Shown here one piece after another: positions 36,523-50,000 of a stretch of 64,000 nucleotides of DNA. The position numbers and the translations under genes were made by a program. The stretch comes from Azolla caroliniana (taxonomy: Eukaryota > Plantae > Polypodiophyta): contig JBHGNT010000008.1 of NCBI GenBank assembly GCA_043228905.1, forward strand, positions 15,500,001 to 15,564,000. The letters are read 5' to 3'. Every line of letters starts with the position of its first letter. Positions within the stretch are counted from its first letter, which is position 1. Below the pieces are notes generated by a model that was not told the DNA's origin, did not search any database, and worked only from the letters and a program-made list of their open reading frames with translations.

Positions 36523-39259
36523 ATGAGTGAAGACTCACCATTCTCGATTAAAGAATATTGTTTGTCATCAGACTCTTTGTTTTCTACTGAAGACTATTGT
36601 CTGTCGATAAACTCACCATTTTCTATCGAAGAATATTGTCTGTCGACAAACTCATCCATTTCTATCGAAGAGTATTGTCTGAGCTCATCTTCATCTAAAA
36701 CACATGTGAATAATGACACATGTGAAGAGTTCTCTATTGAAGAATACGATATTAATAAAGATACGGGGAATTAAGGTAGTGCCAATAAAACATCGAATAT
36801 CATGGGCGATGGTGACAACAAAGAATTGGATTGTAACAAGGTTACCCCAACTTCTATGTAGGAAGAGAAATCTGGAAGCCCTATGCATATTAGAAGAATC
36901 CCACGTAGAATTCGTCTGGCCATATTTAACTTGGGGACATTAGGTAATTAGATTGGATTTGATGTGAACAAAACATGTTGTGCCCGTGGTTGATGTCTAT
37001 GATTGGAAAATCAAAGTTCCGAGAAATAAGGCGATACTATTTTTCGATGACTGGTGATGAGCAAGACACTTACCTCGGGTCACATATGCAACTAGTGTCT
37101 GACAAATGTACGGGGATCAAAGTATCGTTCGAGTATTATATCTTCCATGCGCAATAGATATGTAGAGTTGCCTTCAAAATTGCGCAATGTGTTAGTAACA
37201 TGCGGCTACATAGAGTACAACAACGTCTACTTAGCAAAGATTAGATGTTCAATTGTAAAGAGGTTCCAAGTATGAAAGGTGTAATTGGAAGACATGTTAT
37301 TGGTTGGATGAAAAGTTACTTTTAGTTCAATTGTGAAGTAATGCCTACTACAGGCAGGATGCACCTCCTTGATAATTACACATGCCAGGAAGTTTATGAT
37401 GTCTATCGATCAGATATGGTGGGCTGAAGTAATAAATCTGTCACATATAGCCAATTCACAAGATTATGGAGAGCTCGGTTTTCAAATGTTATCATTCCAC
37501 GTAAAGTACGCATCGGGTATTGCTCCATTTGCGCAAATCTTAAAAGTTTGGCTAAAGGTGCAAAGACATCATTGGAAAAGGATATGAGTAAGAAGTTACT
37601 ACACGAGCATCGTGAGGCACAATCGTTAGAACGAAAGAAGGCGATGCATCATAGAGAGAAGTGTTTAAAGAGGCCTGATCAATACATGTGCTTAATGATA
37701 GATGGAATGGACCAAAAGCAGACGTGCTTGCCGCATATGCAGAGGCTCCCCAAAGACATCAATGATTAGTGCCTTGATCAAATGCACTTGGTGGGATGCG
37801 TACCTTATAATAGGGTTGTTGGACGTCACGTCTTCATTACATACCCCAATGTTCACAATGACCGTAACCTAACAGTTACTGTGATTCACCGAGTTTTGAT
37901 GTCTAGGGGCCAACCATTCCCCCTTGTTCTATACATTCAATTGGACAATACTGCTAGAGCGAACAAAAATTCAACTGTGTTTGGCTATCTAAGTATGTTG
38001 GTCAACCAAGGAATGTTTAGAAAAGTGAAAGTCAATTTTCTTTTGGTTGGCCACACACATGATCATATAGATCAAATGTTTAGCACAATCTCTAGATAGT
38101 TGTCTCGGCATGATGCTTTCACATTACCAAAACTATTTGATGTCATTTGTGATGCATATACACCATGCCCAAAAGTGTTACACTTGAAGGAGGTATAAGA
38201 CATTCAGAGATATATATGAGACGGTGGTGTTGGGAATGTTAAAGTGCTCGCCCAGTTAAACAATATAAGCTTCAATCACATTTTTATGATAAAGAAAAAT
38301 GAAATAACTGGTTCTACGCTTTTGTATGCCAAACAATATTCATCTTCTACAAAACGGGAAGCTGAAGGTGGTTGCCAATTCTTACTTTGTATGCCAAGTA
38401 CAATTGTCCATGGACCTAAACAAATGCCAATTGAGAAGAAAGGACAGTTGCATAGTGACTTGGTATCGAAACAAAAACAATTATGTCTCCAAGCCAACAA
38501 GACATATCATGGTGGGATGTATTATTTAGTGATTAGAAAGGAATTATAGACAATTGTGTATTTGGTGATAATTGGAATTTGGAAACACCATTCACATGGT
38601 CGCTATAACATGATCGTGTAAATAAAACTCCGGAGCAACCAACAAATGCGATTAATGATAGTTTGGTCCATCCACAACAAAAAGACATTTATGTGGGACG
38701 AAGGATGAACAAAGCAGCCGAAGCTAGATGGCAAGGCAATTTGCAAGAGCTCGCGGCGGGGATGTTGATTGCAACGCCTGTTGATGAGAACTCACATGGC
38801 CACCAATTTTGGGTTGGTAAAATTCTAGAAGTGTTGATGCATGAAATAGAAAACATGATCAAGTCTATAAAATTTCATTGGTACAACACTAAAAGTGCAA
38901 ATGTTTTTACGGGTAAGTATACATTGGAGATGATTGAATGCCCAACGACAAGGGGAGGTAGGAAGAGGAAGCGAAACATATTTAACACCTCGACCCTTGA
39001 TATCTCTAATGTGGATATCATCGTGTAGGACTTTACGCTTACAAAAGCTGGACGATTAAGGAAGTCAACAATAGATATAATAAAAGAAAAATTACTAGGT
39101 CTACAAGGTGGCTTGAGTCGAAGGCAAACAAGATCTGCTACATATAATCTAGAGTCAAACCATTTGGTTTATGACGAAGATAATGCATTGATTGGTACAT
39201 TCGAGGATGACGAGGAGGAATCGTCATTGTATATTAGTTATAGTAGTGATTCTCCGTAA
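36523..39259 (+). pseudogene. Sola-like DDD transposase, copy 2 (degenerate)
   Basis: ATG 36523. Motifs YMCLMIDGMDQ, LYIQLDNTARANKN, FLLVGHTHDHIDQMFS, FWVGKILEV..FHWY. Stop at 39259. Many lesions. Confidence 0.82.
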
Positions 39260-40029
39260 AGGAGTGATCATGAATGTATTTTTGGTTATTAAGTGTAACT
39301 ACATTCCGCTTGTAACAAATCGAGTAATATAAAAGCATGTGTTTTGAATTCTTATGATTTCTATGAAAATCGTTTCTTATAAAATGACATTGTTTGTAAT
39401 GTTTGTGATATAAATTGAGAATGTAACTTTTTGAAATTCCTCTTTTTTTATTTATTTTCTAAATCACGAAAATAGTGGATTTTTAACCTTTTTCATAGTA
39501 CATTTGAGAATGTATGATACTTGTATTAATATGTTTTGTAAAATCATTGAAAAAGTACTAAAATCAACCAAAATATTCCTTATCCTTCCATTTATGTGTG
39601 ATCTTTCCACTTGTGAACGCGAACGTGTTTATGGAAGTTTAATGGGAACCTTAAACACACATACACGGGAGAGACAGAGATAGTAGAACACAATTTCAAA
39701 ACAAACACTTTGTACATCAATGTCCTACAGAACACTTTTATACAGTCCTTAAAGGACTGACAAAAGTACTGGCATGCACTTCAATGGTCATACGAGCGAC
39801 TGGCATTAACTCCAACGAATATGCCTACGTACTAGGCTTGGGTCATAGGCCTCTAACGGCCTACCAGTTCACACTAATCCGGAGTACGATCCGGTTTTCC
39901 GGTCCGGCTTTAGGTTCCAGATACCCATCTATCTAGACACTGATCCAGCTCTGGCTAATTCAGCCAATCCAGATTCGGTTGAGCTTTGCTCGCTTAACAC
40001 TCCCCTTCAAGCTCAACTTGAGGTCTAGT

Positions 40030-41910
40030 TGTTATGTGTGTCCTATTGAACCGTTGTTGCCACTTCTGGTCTTATTACCGGCTCTACTTTCTTCCTGGGT
40101 TCTACCTCCACTGAGCGGGTCTTCGGGGTATTGTCCTGCTTCGGACTCGATCCTTCCCCCTGCTGCTCCGTGTTGCGCTTCCTCGGGCGACGTCGAAGGA
40201 ATTTGGTTTGTTCATCTTTAGCCTCTTCCTCCGCGGTTTCTTGGTTCACCCTCCAAACCAAGTTGTCCGTGTCTCTATCCTTGTCCTGTCGGCGCAATTT
40301 GATTTTGATTGGTTTGGCCGTTTTCTCCAGAACTGGCTCCATTGGTTCCTGCTCTTGGGTCATCTGCACTTCCTGTTGAGACGATTCTCCTGCCGTCCAT
40401 CTGGGGTTGTGTTTTGACAGTAGTTGTTGCCGTTTGGATGCCTTATTTGGTGTAGCTTCCAGTCGGGTCCGCTTCTTCAGTTTGACGGCAGGTGTTGGGG
40501 GCACTAGTAATGTTAACCATTGGGCTAACCCGCACCATGCCTTCTTCCCGTCCACTACGGATGCGATTACTGCTCATAGAGAGTCGACTATAATTACCGA
40601 CCACTCCACCTTGAGTCCTTCAAATGTTGCTATGATAAATCTGGCTCGATTCTTTGGCATGGCTGGTGGTTGAGGATGCAAAAATCCATATTCTAATAAA
40701 ACATGAGCCACCTCCCTAAACAAAGGATTCTCGCAACCTTGTGTTCTGTATGCTTGGTTGGCGATGGAGTACTACCCGAAGTATTCAGTTAGGATTTCTG
40801 TGGAGGGGTTCTCAATGGAATACAACCCTCTGTGCTAGTAACCCAATGAGAGCTTGGATGGTGCACTCGGAGATCTCCTCGAGGTCAATCCTTGCTGCAA
40901 TCTTTTCCGGTTCTTCGTGTGGTCTGTTGTGCTCTCAAAATCCTTCTCTCGTGAAATGACAATCCTTCACTTTTTTGGAAGTTTTGTATCCCCATTTCTA
41001 ACAGCCACCACTTCTTGAATCCCACGTATGCACGTCGTGTACCATAATAGTATAATGGTGCCGCATGGTGCGCTTTAAATGGCATGTCATCACGCCTTTT
41101 CATGGTGGTCATTCATCATATCGAATAGTATCTTATTATTATTATTATATTTATTTATTTTTATTTTCTCGTACGACCTGAAATACCTGGCCCTACTAGG
41201 TACCGTTTAGTTAGTCTTTAGTGCCCGACTGCACCGGCTCCATTGTAGACAGAAGCGCACCGGTTTCCGGAATTTGTTCCTCCAGTTGCTTGAATGGGTT
41301 CTCCGGCATCAGACCTTTGTATGCTTTCAACCGAAAACCATTTATCCATTTGGCCAACACCTCACCGGCTAGCATGCCTAGTTGATAAGATCCCTGGAAT
41401 TCCGTCGTAATCCAAAACAGTACGGTACACCGGAACCACAGCTTCCCCAACATCTTGCTCATCCGGGTCTGGAATATTAGCACAGGCTTGCCGATGCCGA
41501 ATTCATTCTCGTTTCCTCGTTTATGCCAGTCCACAAAAGCTTTCCCCTTGCATTGTTCGTGCTCCACCTGCAACACACTGGCTATTCGGTGTTCTTATAG
41601 TTCGCATAGTGTTGCCAATCGGATCTTTTCTGATTCCTTCTCGCTTAACCATTCCCGAACTTGTATCCTTAAGTTGGAAATTTGGAACTCCATAGGCATA
41701 ACTACCTCCAATCTGAATGCTAGCCGGAACGGTGTCATTTGGATACTTGTTTTGTAAGTCGTCTGATATGCCCATAACGCTGTCACGTTGTTACGCGCGT
41801 GCGTGGAGAAAGGCAGGACCACGGGGGTCTTGGACTAGGGAGTGATAGAGCGTAGGAAGTCGTGCTTCACTGTTTCTGGGGCATCCCAGAAACACCTCGG
41901 AAGCAACCGA

Positions 41911-42009
<99 letters not shown>

Positions 42010-44013
42010 CTTAACGCCGACTCACGCACACACACGCACACATAGCCCGACCCGACTCATGCCCTTATGTACAGGAAACGCAGGAAAGGGGAAGCACCCG
42101 ACACCAACGAAGACGCGAATATACACAAACAGACGCAAACGTATATATGTATATTAAAAGAATACATTCCCGGCTTCGAGCCGGTCCGAGGTAGGTTACA
42201 GTAGTCGTCAGTTGCCAAGCCGCCGGTCGGGGAGCTCTCGACTCGTCGCGCCGAGCGGGGTCTTGCACAGGAGGCCGCCAAAGCAAACCCTAAGCAAAAC
42301 ACGAGGGAGGGGGAAGAAGAAGAACAAGAAAACCTAACTCTAAACCTAATGGTATACCCTCTAATGCAAAACGGGCAACCCTTTCACAAAGGGTGTTCCC
42401 TTCCTTTTATAGAACAAGGAAAGGGATGTGTTACAATGTGGGACAAATCCCGACTTACATGGGATCGTCTACCCCGACTTGACTACTCTTCAGCGCCATA
42501 AAGGCGCCCTCGATATTCACACCAAATGTACATGGGTGCGTACACACGCCGTACCCCGCCGATGTAGACAATGTTTCCCGGTTTCCACCTCTGGCCGAAA
42601 TTCTTCACGACAACGCGTTGTGTACTTTCGTATCCTAGTCTGTCCGGTTCCCATTAACGATCTTCCGGAGAATATTTTGGAGCGTTTTATTTATGGACTC
42701 AACCAATCTGTTCGCTTCTATATAGTAGGGCATGTTGCGTTTATGCACTACCATGTAAAACGTCATCAGGCTTTCCACTACTTACCCTAGAAAATGACCA
42801 CCTTGGTCGCTGATGAGCTCAATCAGACATCCGTACCGGCACCATATGTATTCATATAAAAATTTCATTGTTGATGTCGTGCTTTCGCTTCTACCCATTT
42901 TGTGCAATAGCCGGTTGCGACGATGATGCACCGGTTTCCCATTGGCATTGTCGGTGGCTTAAATGGTCCGACAAAGTCTAGTCCCCATTTTTGAAAAGGT
43001 TCTACTGGCAATACGGGTTGATGGGGCATCCACGCCTGTTCTGTGGGTTGACCCATCCTTTGGTAGGGATCAGATTCTTTACCATACTGGATCGAGTCCT
43101 TCAAGGTTGTCGGCCACCATGGCCCACTTTTCCAAATCTTCTTGGCGGTGGCATCTCCAACATAGTGGCCCCCGGCAACGCCGTAGTGGGCCTCTCTCTC
43201 ATAAAATTGCTTCCTTTTCGTCACTCCTTACCGCGCGCCACCAGATTCCGTTTGCTCCCTTGTGGTACAATGTATCCTATATTAAGCAAAAATGGCGACT
43301 TTGGGCAGCCAACCGTCTGTTCATCCCGGCTCAATTCTTTCGGAGGCAGTCCGGTACTTTGGAACTGATCATGTCGGTGAGTCATGTATCCTTGCCTGCA
43401 ACTATCTCATCCACTACCATTTTTGCAGTGACCTTGAATAGCTCAACATCCGGGAACTCATCCCGAACTCTGTCACTTGCCTCTCCAGATTCTGGCCAGC
43501 TCAATTAGTCGCCAACACGTGTTGTACTCCCGGTCAGTGGTATATTTCAAACTTTAATTCTTGTAGCAGTAATGTCCACTGTGCCAATTTACTGATTAGT
43601 GACGCCTTGGATACCAAATATACTAACGTCAAATGGTCCACATGGAAGGAAAACTTGTGTCTGAACAGATAGTGTCGGTACTTTGTGACGCTATATATCA
43701 TTCTGAGGGCTTCTCTCTCTATTCCGCCTTCGAGAGTTTTCGGCTCGCATAATACACTGGATGGTACCACCTAGGTTCGATCAAATGCATGAGCACACTT
43801 CCTATTGCTATGTCGGACGCGTCCACAAACACACAATAATCCTTCGTCTAGTTAGGAGGTTGCACTACCGGAACCTGTGACAACATCACTTTCAACGCTT
43901 GGTACGCCTTATCTTCTTGCTCCGTCCATTGAAAGGGTACTCAGTGCATAGCCGCATGTAACGGAGTGGCGAAGTCCGCTAAGTATCGAAGCATCCGGTT
44001 GTACCACCGGATC
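40030..44013 (-). pseudogene. Decayed Gypsy (family A) RNase H, integrase and accessory ORF
   Basis: [38 protein letters not shown]. 'QWLTLLVPP...KASKRQQLL' is homologous to 52481-52774. Confidence 0.88.
41781..42612 (-). mobile_element. Solo LTR (832 bp) related to Gypsy C, TSD ACGC
   Basis: On minus begins TGTCGTGAAGAATTTCGGC, like the LTR at 28854. ACGC on both sides; removal restores integrase 'KVHNALWA'. Contains (GA)n at 41914-42009. Confidence 0.85.
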
Positions 44014-47000
44014 TGTCATGATTACTGGTCATGCCAAAGCTCTAACCTTCGACCCTGGCACTCATCTTATAGCACCTTACTATCGAATTCGAGTGTATAA
44101 TGGCCGTATTCACACTGTCCCTTTGGACAACCCAAGTTTGGGCTATTTTTGTAAATAGCATAAAGGGCAGTTGCCCTAGGATAGTCACTATATAACGTGA
44201 CTTTGTAACCTTTAGTGACGGGTTGTTGTCATTTGTAACTGTTGCTATTAAGAAATAAGACGTTTCTTTGTGCCTATCTCTCTCCCTCTCTCTGTGTGTA
44301 TCTTGTTCATTCTCATACACAGGTCCTTCAACATCACAGATGTTGTTTGTTCTTCCGCACTTACGACCTTGTCCCCAACAGGGACTTGCTCCGGCTTCGC
44401 TGATTGTTCGGCAGTCAGGAAGAACTTTTTCCTCGGTTGTTCGATCGGTCGGTCGAACCTTGTACTACGTAAGCATCATCTACCGAGTCTTTGGCGAAAG
44501 ACTTTCTCCGATCTACTTCAATCAGGATTGCGCTCGTGATTTCAGAGTACTTAATGGCAATTGTTGAAGCATTGCACACAGTTGTGACGAAAGTTTCCCA
44601 AGAAGAGGGGAGACTACTCATGAGTATCATTGCTCTGAGTTCATCCTCTATTGCCGTCCCCTGAGACGATATTTGGGAGCTTAGGCTTTCGTACTCGTTG
44701 AGGTGTGCCTGAACCAAATCTGCAACTACTGCAAGAAACCGGGACACATCAAAGCTTACTATCGGGCACTCAAAGCAAAAACTGACAAAGCTCAGAGAGC
44801 GGATCAGAAGAGTATACGGCATGAGGAGGTCAACTACGTCGACTCTTCAGCCGAAATTTTGACGACCGACCCGAACATACTGTCCATAGAGAACCCAGTC
44901 GAATCAGAAGTTCTGCTTACGAATGAGGAATCGAGCACATGGCTCCTGGACTCGGGCACATCGTATCATGTGACACCTCACAGATCTCAGTTTCGGCAAT
45001 GCTCAGACCAGCACTCCGACTCAGTTCAAGTCGGGAACTCGCAACATTGTGCCATAATCGGAATTGGCACTGTAGAGCTCAATCTTCCGGGTGGCTCTAC
45101 ACTCGTACTACACAACGTCCAACACGTTCCTATGCTTTCAAGACCCTTGATCTCAGTCGAACAACTTGACGAAGCTGGCATCCGTGCCGAGTTCTCATCA
45201 AGAGGGTGGACACTCCACAAAGGGAACCTCCTGCTTGCTCGAGGACCAAAGGTACACTCTTTGTACCCTTTATATGTCACACTCAAAGAGCGTGACTTAT
45301 TTTTGGTTGATATCCCCGTGTCATCGTTATGGCACGAACGACTTGGACACCTCAGCAAGGCCGGCATAACGCACCTATCCAGAGCCGGTTACATCCCCAA
45401 GCTCCTTCTCGAATCACCAATTCTGCGAGCATTGCCAGTACGGCAAACAGGTAGCCACATCACACCCGACATCAGCACCAAGAGAATCGAGTCCCCTCGA
45501 TTTGGTCCACTCGGACGTCTGTGGCCCGATGCCACATCAGTCTCTCGGCGGTGCTTCGTACTTCGTCAGTTTTATTAACAACTCGACTCGGAAGGTGTGG
45601 GCTTATGCCATTAGAACCAAAGATCGGATGTTCTCGATCTTCTCCGAATGGCTTGCAATGGTCGAAAACCAGACCGGTCGGAAACTAAAATGTCTCTGAA
45701 CTGATAATGGAGTAGAATTCAAGTGTGATGAATTCGTCAAATTTTGCCAGGAATGCAGCATTCGACGTGAATATACGAAGCCCTATAGTCAGGAGCAAAA
45801 CGGAATTGCTGAACGCATGAATTAGACGATTCAAGAACGCGTAGTATCCATGCTCCAACACTCCGGACTATCCGATGGTTTTTGGGTTGAGGCTCTACTT
45901 ACACTAGTACACATAATCAATATGTTGCCAAGTATATCTCTAGGACTTAAAATACCTCAGGAAATATGTTACCGGCCGGCAAAGGAGTCCAGAGTGGGAA
46001 ACGGAGAGTTATTTAAGTAGTAGGAATGTGGTTGTAATTAAGCTATGAGTGTGGACGGACGGACCGGAATCGGTATGCCGTTCCGGATCCGGACCAATCC
46101 CGAACAGGTGCGGATGGCACCGTTTTGTAATACAGACCGGAAACCTATTTAAAGGCCCGGATACAATGTAATCAATAGTGGTTAATTAATAGAAGCTTAT
46201 CGTTGTTATCTCTTTGTGTTAATTGTCGTTCTGTCTTAATTGTTATATTTTACGCGTGTAATTATGAAAGACGATCATGCTAAGTAACTTAATTAAGTCG
46301 GATTAAGCGTTGAGTCTAATCCGGTTGCTGTAACACCCTTTGGTGAAGTGTCTTCCGTAGACACCCTGTGTTAGGCCATGGTCCGGCCCGAAGAGTTAAC
46401 ACAGTTTTTGGCGACCACGATTCCTGTTTTTGCAGCGAACGACGGCACGGATGGATGTCTAGATCAACGCACGACCTGGTTACAGATCGAACTCGACGCC
46501 TTGCCGAAAGGCAAAGGAGACGCAAGGCTTTCCAGCAAGCGGCGCAGGAAATTAGAGCGGATCGCTCGTTTTCCAACGTAATCCGGAGAGTACCGGAGGA
46601 CTCCCTCTGGTTACAGCAAACATCGCACCCGGACGACGGCAGCAGCCTAATCAGCCTCCGGGAAACCGAATCCCTTCTCCACGCATTGGCAAATGGAGAA
46701 GGTGAAGCAGAAACCTTTTCAGCATATGAATCGGACTCCGAAGGGGAATACAGCGTGCACACGAACTACCGTAGTAGCAACGAAACCCCGGGTGGAACGG
46801 AGGACGAAGGATCGGATACCTTACCGACACCGGAACCGGAAGTGCTAACGCTGGAACCCCCGGAACCAGCAGAAGAAGAGCGACCTCCGACACCGGAAGT
46901 CGAAGAGGAGAGACCTCCGTCACCAAAAGAAGAGGAGAGACCTCCGTCACCAAAAGAAGAGGAAAAACCACCGACGCCGAAAACAAAAGAGGAAAAACCA

Positions 47001-50000
47001 CTAACACCGGAAACAAATCGGGAAAGACCACCGACACCGGAGAAAATTCCGGAATGAGCACCAACACTGTCAGCCCGCGCACCGATACCAGACGACGACA
47101 TGCCGTTCCAGTACTCCAAGTATAGAGATGATCCGGACGCAGAAGCTCATGTGCACACCTTTGAACAGACATGGGAAGCCAACCATGTGTCCTAGCGATT
47201 GACCCCGGAGGAAGAAGAACGCTCTAAGATAGCGGAATTTGGCGTCACATTGGAGGAACCGGCAGCAAGATGGCGCCGGACGCAGGACCTGTCTACCATC
47301 AACACCTTTGCAGATTTAAAAGCTAAATTCTTGCATTTTTTCCAAAAGGAGGTGGACCAGACCGTAATGGTAGGCTTATTTTATACCATCTGACAAGAGG
47401 CAGGGGAGAGCATTCCCCAATTTGTCATCCGGTTTCAACGGATGCATAGTCAGCTTGCCCGCGCACCCCCGGAAGAGGAATTACGAACTATATTCCTAAA
47501 CGCGCTCCGGGAACCCCTACGCACGGTTTGCACGGTAATTGACTTCCGCACAAGTACCATCGACCAGGTCATTGACCGGGTGAGAGAGATGGAAAAGACA
47601 AGCTCCTGGCTCACACTGGGAGCACTCCAACAGGCGTTACCGTCCGATGAAAACCTCCAGTTTCGGCAAGCAATACAGTGCACAACCTGCTTGAATTCCG
47701 GACATTCAGCTCTAGAATGTACTATGAGGACGCAATGTGTAATTTGTCAATCCAAGAGCCATACGACGGATAGGTGCGAGTATAATCTGTTGAACCGGCA
47801 AGCACCGCCTGTCCGACAAATTGAGCCACGCAGCAGCCAGGATGAAGAAGACGAACGCTGGCGGCGAATGGACCGCGACCGACCGGCACAGGATGTCCGG
47901 TATGGCGATCAACAGGAAAATGATGTCCAGTACGGGGATCGGCGAGATAACTATGACCGGCATGATCGGTACCGGGATTACAATAGACGATACGAACATT
48001 CCGACCGGGAGCACTCCCCCGGGTATCGTCAACAACGGGAGGAATACGGCAGATATAACGGGCAACCCCATCAAGAGTACCGTAATAAGAAGAGCTATAA
48101 CAAAAAACAGCATTTTAAAAAAGGCGGCTACCCCCGGGATGCAGAACAAGGAGCTCCAAGCAGCCAACCGGTACAAAACCCCGTGCATACCACAGGACCT
48201 GCCCCGGGTACAACAGACAATGCCGAATCTAGCAATACCCGGAAAGCCTACTGCTACTACTGCCGACAAGAAGGCCATTATAGTAACCAATGCCCGGTGA
48301 AGAGCTATGAAAAATGACCAGCGGTAAATATGGTAGTCCCTGAGGTGGCAGATCTGCAGCAGGTGACCACAAGGTCGAAGGGCATGGCCAAGGAATGGGA
48401 GACGCAGGAGACCATCCGGAAACAAGCAACGGAATGGGTAAAGAAAGAAAACGAGCAGAATATCACAAACTTACAGTAGCAAAAGGAGAACACCGTAGGG
48501 TTGGCCGGCGGTAGTCACTCCGAGAACGAGACATGGCAGGCGTTGCAAGAATGCCAGATTACGTTGCCACTAGGAAGACTCCTACAACTCGTGCCAAGAT
48601 TCATGGAAGGACTGAAGACGGCCATGACAGCAGGAGAACCATCACCGGCATCGGTACTCTTCTCGAATCCGGAGGAGGGACCAACGGTGGTGGACACCAG
48701 CAGTCCGGTAATCACGGTCATTGTAAAAGGGAAAGAACTCCCCGGCACAGTTATAGACGGAGGCTCTGGGGTGAATGTAATAAGCCTCCGGACGTGTGAT
48801 GCCCTAGGAATCCACGAGTGGGAGCCGTGTCCGTTCTGGTTGCGGATGGCCGATACAAGCTCAGTGCGGCCGACAGGATTAATACGGAAATTAGAAGTCA
48901 CCGTCGGCGGTCATACATTTCACATCTCGGCCGTAGTGCTACAATTACAGGCACAAGGCGCATACCCGCTATTGCTGGGGCGGCCATGGTTGAAAACGGC
49001 ACATATCAAACAGAATTGGCGAAAAAATATAATTACCTTCCGGTGAGGAAAAGCCAAGGTACGGGTACCAACACAGCCAAGGACGAGCACTGGCAAGGAC
49101 TGTACACCGTTGTATGCGGAATGCGTCAACATGCTAGAAGGGTTAGCGGACGAAGAAGAAGCTCAGTACCTGCAGGAAAACCCGAAGACCATACCCCTCT
49201 TCGAAATTGACATTGCCGAGGCAGTAGCACCATACTTACCGCAACCGGAAGAGGCTGAAGCAGAACCGGATAAAGACGCAATCCGGGAGTTACGGCAAGC
49301 GCAGGAAGCGTTGGAACGGGAAATGGCCGTTTCACAGCGCGTAAAAGCGTCGCAACTAGAAGAGGTGAACCTAGGGACCACGGACGAAGCAAAACCGGTG
49401 CACATCGCCAAGGAGATGAAGTCCGGGGACAAAACGGCGATGATCACACTTCTCACGGAATTTCACGATGTGTTCGCCTGGTCATACGAAGACATGCGAG
49501 GACTCGACCCTCAATTATACCAGCATCAGGTGCACTTGAGCAAGGACGCAAAACCAGTTTCCTAGATGGATTCAACGGGTATAATCAGATTCGGATGCAC
49601 CCCGACGACCAAGAGAAAACGGCTTTCGTCACCGAATGGGGGGTGTTTGTGGCCGTGGTGATGATGTTCGGACTCAAAACGGCACCGGCAACATTTCAAC
49701 GAATCATCATAGAAATCTTTGGTGAATATATTCTGGCTTTTATGCAGGTTTTCCTTGACGATTTCGCTGTCTATAGCCGGGAGGAGGACCATTTTCAGCA
49801 CCTCCGCCTTTGTCTTGAAAAGTGTAGAGCGTACCGGCTAAGCTTGAATCCGGCAAAGTGTGTATTTGGCGTGTCCAGTGGAACTCTATTAGGACATATT
49901 GTGAGCCAGGAAGGTATTGCAATCGACCCGGACAAAGTGAAAGCCATATTAGAAGCACCGGCGCCGGCAACGACAAAGGCATTAAGCTGGTTCTTAGGCC

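Larger units (their letters stand above)
33462..39630. mobile_element. TIR DNA transposon copy 2 (both ends intact, internal deletion of the ParB-like gene)
   Basis: 37-bp TIRs at 33462-33498 and 39594-39630 (29/37 match, mostly CpG decay), flanked by AT on both sides. Splits a Copia LTR whose uninterrupted version is at 22261-22290. Confidence 0.9.
22197..39999 (-). mobile_element. Ty1/Copia element B (degenerate), interrupted by a Gypsy and by the DNA transposon
   Basis: 3' LTR part 22197-~22541. RNase H ~23140-23560, RT ~29988-30650, integrase/protease (WYVDSGASNHMT, LWHKRITH, CEACKLGKQ) ~31100-32414, gag 32414-33271. PBS at 33374-33385. 5' LTR 33386-33461 plus 39633-39999. Confidence 0.85.

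Noticed and set aside
41835-42041. Ser-Leu repeat ORF
   Set aside because: Translation of a (GA)n microsatellite inside a solo LTR.
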